A stretch of DNA of 64,000 bases from Klebsormidium nitens (Eukaryota; Plantae; Klebsormidiophyceae). Below are positions 1 through 12,828 of the stretch, piece by piece (within the stretch, counting starts at the first letter, position 1; each line of letters begins with the position of its first letter). The notes under the pieces were generated by a model. It did not search any database, had not been told where the DNA came from, and saw only the letters and a list, made by a program, of their open reading frames with translations. The stretch spans positions 1 through 64,000 of the forward strand of contig DF237223.1 in assembly GCA_000708835.1 (NCBI GenBank), given 5' to 3'. The position numbers and the translations under genes are program-made.

Positions 1-422
1 AATCCTGATATACCCCTCCGCGGCGGGGTAAATCAGTGATATCTCCCCGCCACGTGATTCGACTTCGAAACATTTCTGATGGCTCCCGGCAAAATGGCTG
101 AGCGAAAAACCCGGACGGGCGATAAATTTGCTTTCCACTGCCAGGTCCTCCTTCCTTCCTTGTGTTTCCTATACGACTCACGAGTCCCATCTTGGTCAGG
201 CTCTGTTCAGCCATGACAACGTTGTGAACCTTTGATAGGTACTGTATGCAACACTGCAAGTGATTGCACTTGCACTTTAGCTGACCCAAACCCGCGGATG
301 CTAAATTGCATGCGTGCATTTGCTCCGGTTGATCCTCCCTCTTTCAGCACTTTTTCTTGCCCTTGCAGCTCTCATTAGGCTGCTTGTAAGCCCTGGAGCT
401 TAGCTGCATCTTAAGAGTCAAG

Positions 423-3400
423 ATGGCCAAAGTATTTCCACTGGAGACTGGGTCCTTCAGAAGTATCTGTTGGCTGTGCAGGGAGACGCTTTCCAATCAG
501 TCCAAAGCAAAGTCGAAGTCAAGGGTGCCGTTGTTTTCGTCCCTAGTGAGCTGTCAATCACCTCCACAAGGCCCTGGGGCTTCTGAAATTAGAACATATG
601 TTTACTCACACCACCAGCAGTCAACAAGAGGGGCTGCATCGTCTCACAACGCTTGGAATGCAGAGTTGAAAAGCGTTCTCTCATTGGGGTCTAGGACACA
701 CACCACCGCTGTGCGCGCTGGCTCTGCTGCAAAGGGCTCGCTGCTGGCAGGCGTCAGCAAAGAATATGTGGATGGAGTTTCCCGTGTTTTGGAACTTGCG
801 TTGGATGCATCCAGCAAGTGGGAGGTTGCGCACACTGACTTTCTGGATCCACCTACCAGAGAGGTCAGCCACTGATCCCGAAAACTTGTCAGATGCAACA
901 TTCGGGGAGCCATATCACTTCGTTCTCTTCTGACGTCAGGTTCCTTTGTGGTATGATGTATGACTTTGATGAGTAAGTGGTGACGCTTTTGGTTTGTTCC
1001 TAAACAAGGATTGTGCCGTCTTACATCAGAATTTTGTTGTTATTTACATCGCTTGATCGCTGATTCTGCACACCAGCTGATCTGATAATGGGGCTCAACC
1101 ATCCCCCTATTGTGCAGGCTGCATTGACTGCGCTTAAACGAATGGCGGACTGTTCTGGGATTGTTTCTGGCGGGTAAGCTTTTTAGAGACTCTCTTTCAC
1201 AAATACTGTCCTTGTCGCAAGTCTTTCAAAGTAAGTTGCGAGACTTTTACAGCTCCCAAGAAGCTAGGTTCAGGAGAGAGAGCAGTGGACACCCAACCAA
1301 CAAACCACCATCAGTGTCAAGTGCTGACTTTTTTTGGATCATGTATCATGTTGATTAACCTCCCCTTCTTGATCCTTTTTCCTATGAAGGGCCCTTCAAG
1401 CGATACTTGTGATTTGCCAGGTATCCTCAGGCAGAGCGGTGCCGACTCTCGGTGGGAAGACCGGACGTTTTGGAGTTGAGTGGGGCGAGTGAGGAAGAGC
1501 TTGGGCGAGGGTACCCTGGGGCGGTCGCTGCATTGGAGTAAGTGAGGCTTTCAATACCTGTAAATACGTTCAATTTCGAAGAACAAGAGCTCTGTGTCGG
1601 AGAAGAGGCTTTACAAAATGCTCCCAATTGCTGCTTATGAGAAGCTCTTCTTTCTGACTTACTTGTTTTCAACCTTTTGACATGCTTGCACTGTCAGACA
1701 TGACGAGCCCCCTGAAGACAGGGATTCAGTCCCAGTCCCTATTCCTTCACGAATGCAGACTGTCGAAGCTGACCGTTACATTTTTGGCGACACTTCAGAG
1801 TGAGTGGCAACTTCATGTTTGACTCGGCCGCACATCCTGACTTCCTGGGCGCAATTCTCAACACCGGGGTGGTCCGGAGCAAAGTGGGGGACATTGTTGT
1901 CCAAGTGAGCACTATGTTACCATCTCCAACTTATCCTTGAACAGGGAGACAAAGGCGATCCGACACACTACTCGAGTTTTTTTCAAATTTGAAGCAGGCT
2001 TCCCTGAACCCATCTTCTCTACCGTCCGTTGTCCTTTTAATTTGTCCGTTTCTATGGGAACACGTTTGCTTCCTTCTGAGGAGACTTCTTCTCAGGACTC
2101 CATCAAGAGTGTTCCTCCTATGGGTTTTTCCTCGTGTTCGAGCAGGGGTTCAGCCTCACATGCATCTCTGACCTGCACAGACGTGACTGATCCTACATTG
2201 GGTTCCAGGGCGAGAGGGGCGCTCAGATCCTGGTGGTTCCCGAGATGGTCGACTTCTTCAAGGGCGCCCTCAAAACGGTCCGCACCGTTCCAGTTACGGT
2301 TGAGGAGGTGCCCCTCACCGATCTGCGGGTCCGGCCACCTAAGTGAGAGCTCGTATATCGGCTCAAAACCGGCCTCGTTATTCTTCTAAGGTCCAACGAT
2401 TGCAATCTCGCGTTCAAAAGTTCTTCGATTCGTCTTGCTTCATTTGTCCTTTGGTTGCAAGCGCACAGAGTTTGCAAGCAATTGAAGCGATTCTCTGTAA
2501 TTGGCTAAGCGGGCTGTCACAAGAGACTTAATTTCACAAAGTTTGGCGCAGCAGGACCTGTCTCTGATTGTCGAGATCGTATTAGTGACTGTCGTCGTCT
2601 TTTTGGAACCAGATTTGAGGAGCTTTCGTCTGACTGTGTGCGTTTTCTGGTTTGCAGAGTGGACTCCATCAAAACCTTCGAAGCTTCGTTACGGGTGGAC
2701 GCGATTGGGAGCGCCGGCTTCCGCATGTCCCGGAGCAAATTGGTCGACATGATCGAGTGAGCCCTTATGGCCGAGAGACGGATCTGACGACTCATGAATG
2801 GTCCTTTATGTATACCGTTCACAAACGATCGTTTCTAGAGTCGAAGATCCGCCTGCGGTGTTGTTTGGTTAGAGCTTCTTGCCAAGCCCCATGTTGAAAT
2901 CATGCCAGTAGGATGCGCCTGGCTTGTCGACGAAAGAGCTTTCTTTAACTCTCTTTCGGCATCTGCTGTGGTTCAGGTCAAAGCAGGTCCGAGTAAACTG
3001 GAAAGAGGTTACGAAAAGCGGGTTGACTGTAAAGACGGGGGATGTCATATCCATACGTGGGAAGGGGCGAGTAGAGGTGAGAAGCCACGTCTCTTGGCAA
3101 TGTCTTGTGCGGTTGACTTTTGAGGCGTGTACTCCCTTGTTGAAGACTGGGACTCACAGGTCATCATGCCGGCCGTTCGGTTCATTGTTGTAGCCGAGCA
3201 GGGTCTGTTTCCACAGCGACGCCGAGCTGAGATTTCAATCCCCTGGTTCGCAATCCCGTCTCCTGCTGCGCCTTTTCCAACCTTTATCAGCGCTGGCTGA
3301 CGTTGTTAATGCGGGTTCACATCTATTGTACACTTGGTTGATATGTTAATCCGCTCCTTCTCTAGGTCGGAGAAATATCGGAAACGAAGAAGGGTCGATT

Positions 3401-3428
3401 CCAGGTTGAGTTGACCAGATTCGTCTAA
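423..3428 (+). CDS. ylmH: Plastid-targeted S4-domain RNA-binding protein, YlmH/Sll1252 family (multi-exon)
   Basis: The spliced exons give a transit-peptide-like N-terminus followed by WEVAHTDFLDPP, GYPQAERCRLSVG, GNFMFDSAAHPDFLGAILNTGVVRSKVGDIVVQ, GERGAQILVVPEM, EASLRVDAIGSAGFRMSRSKLVDMI, VRVNWKEVTKSGLTVKTGDVISIRGKGRVE (S4 domain) and VGEISETKKGRFQVELTRFV*. The TAA is at 3426-3428. GT-AG junctions are visible between the blocks. Confidence 0.93.
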
Positions 3429-4577
3429 CCGGGCGTAATGACATTTGATAACAAGAGCAGGTAAATGAAAGGCCTTAGTATCACTGGAAAAGAAAAGAAT
3501 GAACGGTGTTGAGGGGTTGTGACGGTCCTACCGTCGTTTGACCGAAGCAGCCTCGATGCTTAAACAGCAGTTCATGATGGCTCTCTAACAACATCAATTG
3601 AATTTTGATGCACATGAGCATGCGCAGATTGACTGCTCGATTGCAGGCCCGACTGCTCGACTGAGGACGGTCAGAACTGCAAAAATTATAGAAGCTATGA
3701 TAGCCTCAGCGGCAGCATATACCAGTACGTACAGTAATTGATATGTATGAAGATTCGGATCGAGTGCACTCGGCCAGGGCTTATGACGCGAATTGTCCGT
3801 CGACATGTGCTTGTTGGACATCGCCAATGGCCCAGGTCGGGAATTGCTAGCTGCCAGTAGAATTCTTTGCCAAAGTCACCTATTTAAGCACATGTTGCAC
3901 GTATGTCTGTCCATTTGATTGGAATCACAATCGTTGCTGCATTCACACGCACATGTATCGACCGTGATGAACTAGTCGGCGGCTGACCTCATATGGCACT
4001 GACAAAGTATCATGTTGATCGACGATTAATACGGACTAGAGCTGAGAGCTAGAAGTGAAATTCAAACTTACGGCGTTCATGAGCTGTTGGCACATTTCCG
4101 ACATTGCTGATTGGCTGCGCCATCGATCTTGCCTTGCACATGTGCGTCACCTCCATCAACTTGCCGTACGTGTGCATGCATAGCCCTGTAATTGTTTAGC
4201 AATATATCCGACTAGCCTCGGTACATTTCAAACCGGCTGCGCTTTGACAGATGAATAGATCAGCACCCTCGCGGCGTGAGCTGAGTGGCACATGAGCTCA
4301 CAAGCAATCTCACTTGAGCCACGCCAGGGAAGCTTGGTGACTCTACCAATGGAGGGTTCTTTTGAAAAGCTTTCAAAGCCTTGTGGGAGCGGCAAGCCGG
4401 CATAGTGCACAGTCGGTCCACTACGAGGCCCTCTGCGCACATGGCAGCCTCACATGATCTCATGTCCAAAAACTCAGAGTCCGCGCGCTCGGGCTCTGAC
4501 GACTCATTTTCGAGAACTCATTTTGAGCTAGCAGGCAATAAATTGGCGCTATCCGCAGGCGATGCAGCAAGCCTAGG

Positions 4578-7500
4578 TCAGTGGCAGTTGGTCGCCCACC
4601 CGACAACTCCCAGAACGCCGCCCGTCAGGATGGCCACCGGCGCTGGCACCTGAGAAGACACGGGGAGCGTTGTTGGAGGATATAGAACCGCTGTCTGAGG
4701 CAATACAAACAGGGGGCCAACGAGCACTAGCTCCAAGAAATTCGCGACCACATCCTCGAGAAGACGATCACTTATTGCTTTACGCCACAACTGCTTCTCT
4801 TCCGATCAAAAGCACTGTGTCATATCAAGAGACTTCCCAGCAATTTTCGACAAATTTTGCCAGTTATATGGACGCGCTTCAGTCTCAAGTATGCCTGCCC
4901 AAGCTCGTCGAATTTGATGTGGGCGGCAGCTTACCTCGAAGAACGCGGTCGCGCAGTATCCTACGATGCCGATGACAATGGACGCATTCGGGAATGGACT
5001 GAGAGCGAACGCCTTCAAGCCTAGTTGGAAGACGGACGCGTATATGAGACCGATCTGCAAGGCCGGGGCAATCTTGAGAGTGAAAGAGGCGCAAGGCGAA
5101 GGAGCATCAAAAGAAATTCACCGTTCGAACCTTGAAAAGGGCACGGGGAACATTTGACGCGTGCGAAATCACGAATGAGCGCCGGTCTGATAAGCGAAAG
5201 CTGCTCCAATCAACGCATCGGCGCCTTTCCTAGCACCGCTGAAACGGAGGCTCCGCTCGATGCGACATTCTCCGCAAATAGGGTCTAACGGACTCACGGC
5301 GGTAGCGTTGAACCCAGGCAGAGCTCGTCGGTACCTGGCAAAGAGCAGAGGAAAAAAGGGTTTCTATCCCCCGATCGGCACTCCTCGACAACCTCATTTC
5401 CCTTGACCAGCACCTCGCATCCGAAACGTTGAAAAAGCTAACCGAATTTTTTTACCGCCCTGTAGTCTGCTCGCAGGCAGTCGAGATGGTTCAGGCCCAT
5501 ATTTGGAGGCGCATCTTCTTAGTCAAGATGCCGTTTCTTCGAAGCTGCCAAGATATTTGATCACCAAACGGGAGACTTTGCTCAAGAAAGTTTAACTGCT
5601 CCTAAAACGGGCGGTCCGGCGCTCACCAGGGCCACTTTCTAAACTTGGCCCAGAACGGGAGTACTCCGTAGATGAGCATGATGCCGGGAGCGAAAAGGCC
5701 CAGCCAGCATGCAACGATACCCGGGACGCCGCCCATCTGCAAGGCGAGCACACACATACTGAGATTTCCTTTGCTGGTTTTATAACCACTCTCTCTTGAT
5801 GGGTTTGTGTCCTCACTTCCAAAGAAAGCAGGTTGGTGGATCAAAAGAGAGGGACTGCACGTCATTGCAGTCGGACGGACCGGGTCTAACCTCAGCGAGC
5901 TGTAAAAGCGAAGGTTAAGACGGAAGTAGTCTAGTTAATGACGTGCAACACGTGATTGATTTCAACGTTCAAGCTGCGTCACGCTCAACAAGGGCTGATT
6001 TGCTGACGATGAAGCTCGTCAAAGCGGCCAAAGTTTTCATAAGCCACCCTGATTGGCACAGGTTCCGCTGAGAGCAGCACGAACACTTTTGAGTGACCGC
6101 CAATGCGAGGCCCTTACGATGGCGCCCAGGTATGCTGCGAAGTTGAAGAGCGGCCCGGGCATGGCCTGCGCCACGGCAAGCCCCGCCAAAAACTGCTGCT
6201 CCGTTACCCACGTGTCCGGCGACTCAACGCGGACGCACCCATTGGACGGCGCGCCGAAAGTGGCGTTCGCGGCAAAAGCGTGGGCGGGCGTGCAGACGGT
6301 GTTGTAGTGAACGACCTGCTGCTCGATGATGGGGAGGACCACCTGGCCGCCGCCGAAGATGATGGAACCCGTCACATAAAAGGACTGCAGGGAAACGATG
6401 AAGGAGAAAGGTCAGGATGGTGAAGGATGTGAGATTAGCTGGGATCGGGTCAGTCAAGTCAAGGAAGGCAGACAGGCAGTGAACAGCTTGCGGCAAGGGA
6501 TCAGTCTCCTCATCGGCGCTTTTGTGGAATTCTCCTTGCCATTTACTTGGAACGGCAAATTTACTCAAGTAGCAACAGCGAGATTGAGAAGAAAGGGGGG
6601 GAGGTGTCAGACACTACAAAGAAACGGGGTTGTTCCAGAATACTTGAAGGAGTCGTACATTGGTCAAAAGATCGGCTTATCGCAAACGGAGCAGTCTGCT
6701 TTTTAGGCGTACCCGAAACAGAGCGACATTCAAATTCATTTGAACCATTCAATACTATGCCAAGAATAATCTTCGCTTCGAGTCCGCACCTCGAACCAGT
6801 GCAGGAACTTGGCGTGGTGGTAGCTCGTGCTGTGCTTGCCGACAACAACTAGGATGAGGAGAGCCAGCCAGCCGGAGAGCAGGGCCGCGCCGCCTCGCAT
6901 GCTCAGCCCAAAGTTGTTGACGTCACAGTCGGACGAGCTGACGCTCAGCTCTTTGTGCCGCTCGCTAATGATGGTCAGAAGTCCGCCTGAATGGAACAAG
7001 GATCCATTCGTGATCAAGCCCTCTCGAAGGAACATAAGGATGTTCCTTCTTGAGTTTGAACGTGGTAGTCTTTTTGTAGTGCATGCGCAGCGAGAATCCT
7101 TGAGTAACGGTTACGGCAAAAGAATGGTCCTTGGAACCTTGTTATGGTAGGCAGTAGCGACTGCGCAACCGGCTTTGAAGATTTGCCGTTTGAGACGCTG
7201 CTCGACCAAGATCAGAGAGAGCAAGTCATTCAAATCGAGCTGCGATCCGTTGCATTCTCAGAAACGCTCGATCAAGAGTAGAAGAGCAAATTCTCCGAGT
7301 CGAGCTGCGATATTGTTGCATATTGCCAAAAACCACAAAAGCAAGGAGCCAACGCAAAGGCCTCCCCGCTCACCGGCGAAAATGAGCGTCGGGAAGATCC
7401 ATTGCGACTGGTAGTAGTACGTGACTGCGGCTGCCGCACCGCAGCAGAAGACGGTGACCCGCGAGTCGCACAGCTTCTTGGACAGCCGGAAGGCGGCGTC

Positions 7501-9117
7501 CGCAACCAGGGCCACCGCCACCGCGGACAGTCCGGCGGAGAAGGCCGTCAGCCAGCCCGCGGGGTGGACCAGAAACTGCGGAGAACGGAATTTGAGCTTA
7601 CCAAGATGAGGGACTAGGTGAAAACATGTGGGCGGCGTTCTACGAATTGGACGAATTTGCGAAAGACGAAGCTGTTTGTAGGTTATATTATGGCGTTTCT
7701 CCGTCGTTCGCTATCTTCGACGTCCGCTTGCCGCAAAAACGGCGCTCGGTTGGTTATAACCACGGCCAGGAGCAGCCGCTCAGAGAATTGTTGCACAAGA
7801 AAGTGGGCTCCTGATTCTGACAAATCTGCGTATCGCCCGCAAAGGCCGTCAGATCAATGAGCTCGTGCTACGATTGCAACTAGAGTTGGACAAAATCAGC
7901 ATGTAACGTTGCTTGCCGCTCACCTTGCCTGCGCCGACGCCCACAAGGCTCATCATGACCAGGCCCGGGTACTGGAAGAGCAGCCCCGACAGCAGGCCGC
8001 CGGGGATCCCCTTCTGGACGATGCCGATCGCGAACGACATCTGGGTGGAGGTCGGTCCCGGCAGGCACGTGCCCAGCGCCAACAGCTCCACAAAGACGCC
8101 GTCGCTCATCCACCTGCGGGCCGGCCGCGAGATTGTAAAGCCCACTGAAAGGGGAGTGCAACAGGCGAAGAGACACATCAGAATGAGATCAGGTACTTCG
8201 GTGGCTGACGTGATCCGCAAACCCGAGTGTCCAGCTCGACCTCACAGGTTTGATACACCGGAAAGGGGGGTCCAAATCTACGTTGTTCAGTGACGCCGCA
8301 TAATTCACGTCGATTGGGAGCCCGGTTCTTGCGAGAAATTTGGTAGAGAAAGCCTCTTGCAGACTGTCGCGATACTTGCAACCAACTTCGTTCTCAAGAA
8401 GGATCCAGGCGAGCGATACACACTGGAATGCAGAGGGGATGCTTGCAATACAAGCGCCTCATAAGTGACCGACAGAACATCATGAGCTCCTTGCTCACAA
8501 TTTTGAGCCAGTCAAGTTGAAAGTCATTAGTAACGTGTTCTCACCGTGGCTCTCTCTCGACGAAGGCCTTGTGGAACTGCGCGATGTGGGCTGCAGGCCC
8601 CCCAAATGCCGTCCAGCCCAGGATGCAAAATGACTTGAGAATCTCCCAGTAGCCGATCCTGGCGCACTGCAAACGTGGCAGTCCTTGACATGAGCAATCG
8701 AGCAGCAAGTGCTGGTGATTGCATACGAGCAGAGTGTCTGTCTTTGTAAAGCACTGATGCGTTCGTATTGAAAAGCGCCTGAAAGACGTTCAGAACTAGA
8801 TTCCATGGATCTAACTACCGTGCAGCAAGGATTTGCAAGAAAAGTCAGCCCCTAAGATGCGTTTGTCTCTACCACTGTGTCATCACACGTACCGCAGGCA
8901 GAGCTTTATGCTCTCACGCCTAAGTCCGGAGTAACCTCTGGAGACCGGAAGGCTCTGCCAGCATGTGCGACCTCACCCTAGGGCCATCGTTCTCGCCCTC
9001 TAAGAGGTTTGCCACCTCCTCGTCAACCAGCTGAGGAGCCTCTCCCTCCCGTGCCTCAGCCCTGCCTTTGGAAGACTTTGATGCAGCCACCTCTTTGGGC
9101 TCCGTCCCCTCTGGCTG
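4578..9117 (-). CDS. chrA: Long-chain chromate ion transporter (CHR family), paralog 1 (multi-exon; first exon possibly starts near 9420)
   Basis: Exons encode FCILGWTAFGGPAAHIAQFHKAFVE, WMSDGVFVELLALGTCLPGPTSTQMSFAIG, GSIIFGGGQVVLP, WVTEQQFLAGLAVAQAMPGPLFNFAAYLG and CWLGLFAPGIMLIYGVLPFW, and end VAILTGGVLGVVGWATNCH*. This is the two-domain CHR architecture. The symbol is family-level only. Confidence 0.93.
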
Positions 9118-10484
9118 TCAAAGCAGCGGGAAAAACGTTAGCCTCCCGTTTTTCCAGGACATTTGATGACCTTTGCTCGAGTTCATATTCTTACATCAAA
9201 TCATCGCAACTACAAGCTCTGACTTAGCCCCTTTTCGAGCAGAGCCTGGGCTCGAGCCATGTTATCGACCACTAGGTACCTACAAGTGGCCTGGGAAAGT
9301 GACTGACGGCATGCAGCGTGCTCTTACCCTAGCACCCAGGAAGGGCCGGAAACATCGGCCCCAGTGGTCCGACACGGTCGTTCCGTCACCCAGGGAAAAG
9401 TAAGCTCGCCCGGAGTGCATTGTCGGGCCGAGCGGAATAACCTCAGCCTTCTGAGGGTTTCAGTGTGATGCACAACTGCTGGATAAAGAGGGGCAAGCAG
9501 CAGAATCTTGGATCACGAGAATCCGGTATAGAACCGGCCCTGATTGTTGCGCAGGTGTCCTGCAAGCTGCCAAACGAATGCCTCAACGCATTTTGAAAGG
9601 ATCTACTGTAGCAGAACGAGCTTGGTCAATGCTGGACACGAACTTGCCTTGCGCCTGCATGCACGAGGACTGCCCCTCCCTTCTGCGGCGACACTAGATC
9701 CTTCAAGTGAATGAGTCTGCCCGTCCAAGTGTCGACAGCATTGCTTTCTACTTGCTTGCTGTCAGCTTCACTGCATCACCAGTGCCCTGTTTGGAGCGGG
9801 TGTTCGTGGCAGGACAAATCACCATTTTTGATTAGGCACAACAGGTTCCACTGGCCTGTATTACTGCATTACTGAACACATATCAACACCGCACAATGCG
9901 CAATTTTGTAAGTAATGGTCACCATGTGCCACTCAGTACTGGGAAATCTTCGCGCTCATCATAGCGTCTCCCCGGGATACTACGGCATTGCTTACAGTCA
10001 CTTTTAACAAATTCTAATTATTCTAAAAGATAATATCAAGTACTTAAAAAGATTATATTACTGTTGTGCAGAGACAGTGAAGTGCCGTGAATCGATTGCG
10101 CCGCGCCCCCAGCCCCGCGGTCTCGAGCTATACCATCTCGTATTATCTCTGCGCGAGCAATTTATCGACGGCATTGCAAGGCCTTGGTGAACTTTGCTAC
10201 GTATCGGACGGCTGACGGTTGTGACCTAGGGCCGGTGTGGCTGCTATAGGCTCGCTTGGCGGTCTCGCTCGTCATGCAGTACAGTTTGTTTGTTCAGCCT
10301 GAGGTGATCCCTTCACGGCCAATCTGACTAAACTTTCACGTCTCCCAAAGGTACACTATCTAGGTGAGAGGCAGCTGCAGCAAGGGCAGGAAATGGTTCA
10401 CCTAGCATGCTATATAATAGTGAGTGGAATTGAAAAGCTGTCACGCAGGAAGCCTGACTCCTCCGACGCCAAGCCGCAGGAACC

Positions 10485-11145
10485 ATGGCGGCAACGGTGC
10501 CTGCTAACCAGGAGGCCTTTGGATTCAGAGTAGTCAAAAACGGTTGTGTGCCGCTTAAGGGGCCTGCTCCGGAGCCGCGAGAGGGCCAGTCACCTGAAGA
10601 AGAAGAGATTCAGGACTACCTGCGGTACTTGGTGGCTGAGCAGTGCCCTGTGGATGCTGTAGGGAGGGCAATATGCGATGGAGGTATTGGGGAGGGGTAC
10701 AAGTGCTACCTTGAGCGGGCGTGCAGTTTCAGCATTGCGCTCAAGCCTCGGGTTTGGGTGGATGCTCCAACAAGCCAGGAGTACCTTGAGCGAGAGCGTG
10801 CCTTTGGCAGGACAGTGCTCCGGAGAGTGAGCATGCTGCATGCAAATAGATACAAGGGATACGGAGCAGGCCCTTTTGATGACACTTTCGAGCACGAAGA
10901 GCTCCCCAACGGTCTTCATGACTGACAAGAAGGCAGCTGCCAGGATGGTCAAACAGAAAGTCTGACGCTATTGGGAGCAAAGAACCACTGCAACCGCCTT
11001 GGCGTGGTTTGCAGTCAGTGAGCAAGTTGACGCCATCATACGCAAGCTTGATACTGTCTCCAAGCAGCAAAAAACCTTCCTTGGTGGATGTTCTCCGCAC
11101 GTGCCTGCTCCTAGCCCCCAACCATACGCCCGGGGCACCGCATGA
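10485..11145 (+). pseudogene. Probable disrupted ORF of unknown family
   Basis: A 146-aa ORF (10485-10925) continues in a protein-like way if one G at about 10911 is removed (ELPN-VFMTDKKAAARMVKQKV). It then passes a TGA at 10963-10965 (plausibly CGA>TGA) and reads RYWEQRTTATALAWFAVSEQVDAIIRKLDTVSK to a stop at 11145. Confidence 0.4.
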
Positions 11146-12828
11146 TACAAGCTGGCCCCTGTGTAAAGCTACCCCCTGATCTGCGGACGTGCACCCCAGC
11201 GCGGCGCCAACCTAACATGGCCCGGTCAACTCACCAGCTCCGGCCCCGGCCCTAGCTCCCAAGTCCCCTAGAAGAACTCTGCACTTGGGCCTGCCGTAAT
11301 TGGGGTGGCGGTCCCCACCCCTCCAGAAGCCCGCACCTGAATATTTCCCTGGGTTCCAGCGCCCATGCCACCGACGGGGATGACGCCCTCCCCCGTTGTT
11401 CACACGCAAACCCGGCAATCGGCGCTGCAACATCCACGGTCTCACTGCATTGCTGCTGGGGCCCCCGGGAAGGAGTATCTCATTTCCTTAGTACCGCAGG
11501 TGTACGGTAGCCCAATTGTGAAGGGTAGCAACCTAGGCAACTTCCTCACGAGTCAACTTCTGGACCATCGTCGACAGAGTCCACTACTGGCCGCAGGCTT
11601 TGAATGCGGCACCGTCCATCAACGCCCCTTTACCAAAGCGGGGCCAGCCAAAGCTGGGGAGCCTGTTTCGGTTCATGTGCGGATGCTGACGTTGGCATGC
11701 CGGACTGGGGCCGTATATCCCTCCCTCGAACGGAACCTCCAATTGGTGGGCATTAATCATGAAACACTGCATTTGCATAACACCATGATTCTCAATGCAT
11801 CCGACGATCCTATGTTTGCTACAAGTGATTTTTAGGCTGTAGTTCAGAGGACTTGCATCTTTTTGGACATACCTTGTTGCTATAACAAGTCGCACAAAAG
11901 CTAGCACGAAATCCATATATACCGGCACTGCCATGGAGACCTTGCTCTACAGCCAATGCATGAGGCGGAAAAGTTCGAGTCGTTCTTTCAATGCTTCGGC
12001 CGAGTTTCTTGACCCATTGGACGATATTACACTGTGCACGTCGACGACATGACTGTCTCGCATTATCGTGGCATGAGATTGTAATCATGGAAAGACGAGC
12101 CATGTCGGGTTCCAGATGGCGGCAACGTCTTTGCGACTGATTCCACATGTGGCTATGCTGATCTACTGCCCTTGAAGCAGTAATGATGACGAGCAGCGAC
12201 CAATAACATGTACCATCAGTGCGAAAGGGAGAACCTAGACCATTGAGTTCATTGACCATCGGGAGCTCACCGTTCATGCTCCGGTTGGCGACAAAGACGT
12301 ACCAAGATTCGACAGAATCAAAAAGTTGGGCAACCTCGGGCACAGGCCCGATGGTCCACAAACTTGCGCTAGCCTAGAGTCTACGTGCATTGACTTGTCT
12401 GTCATCTCTTGAATGTGATGCAGGCTTGGTCACGTGGGAAAGATCGTTACGAGTCGTGTTTTGGAAAACAAATGATTGTTCTCCGGTGCGTTTTAGCGCA
12501 AACACGACATTGATTAAGGTGACTCATTCTCCATTCATTAGCGGCTTCTAGCTGTTGACTGCGCACCAACGCCTATGAGTGAAGCGGAGCACCTGCTTCA
12601 TTCTGCTCTCCTCCCCAACCGCGTTTCTACCCTAGGGCATGCGCATAGCAAACAACTTCCCAAAACTCTTATTGCACGCGAGGTATAAGCACAGCCTACA
12701 ATTCTTGCCTCAGCAGTAGCCTCTAGCTCGATAATGGCGCAGCGGACGTGCCCAATGCTCTGTAGGGCTACGCTCCTCGATTTTTTTGCCGGATGTCTCG
12801 TGCGAGGCAATCAAATCATAACTTTTAC

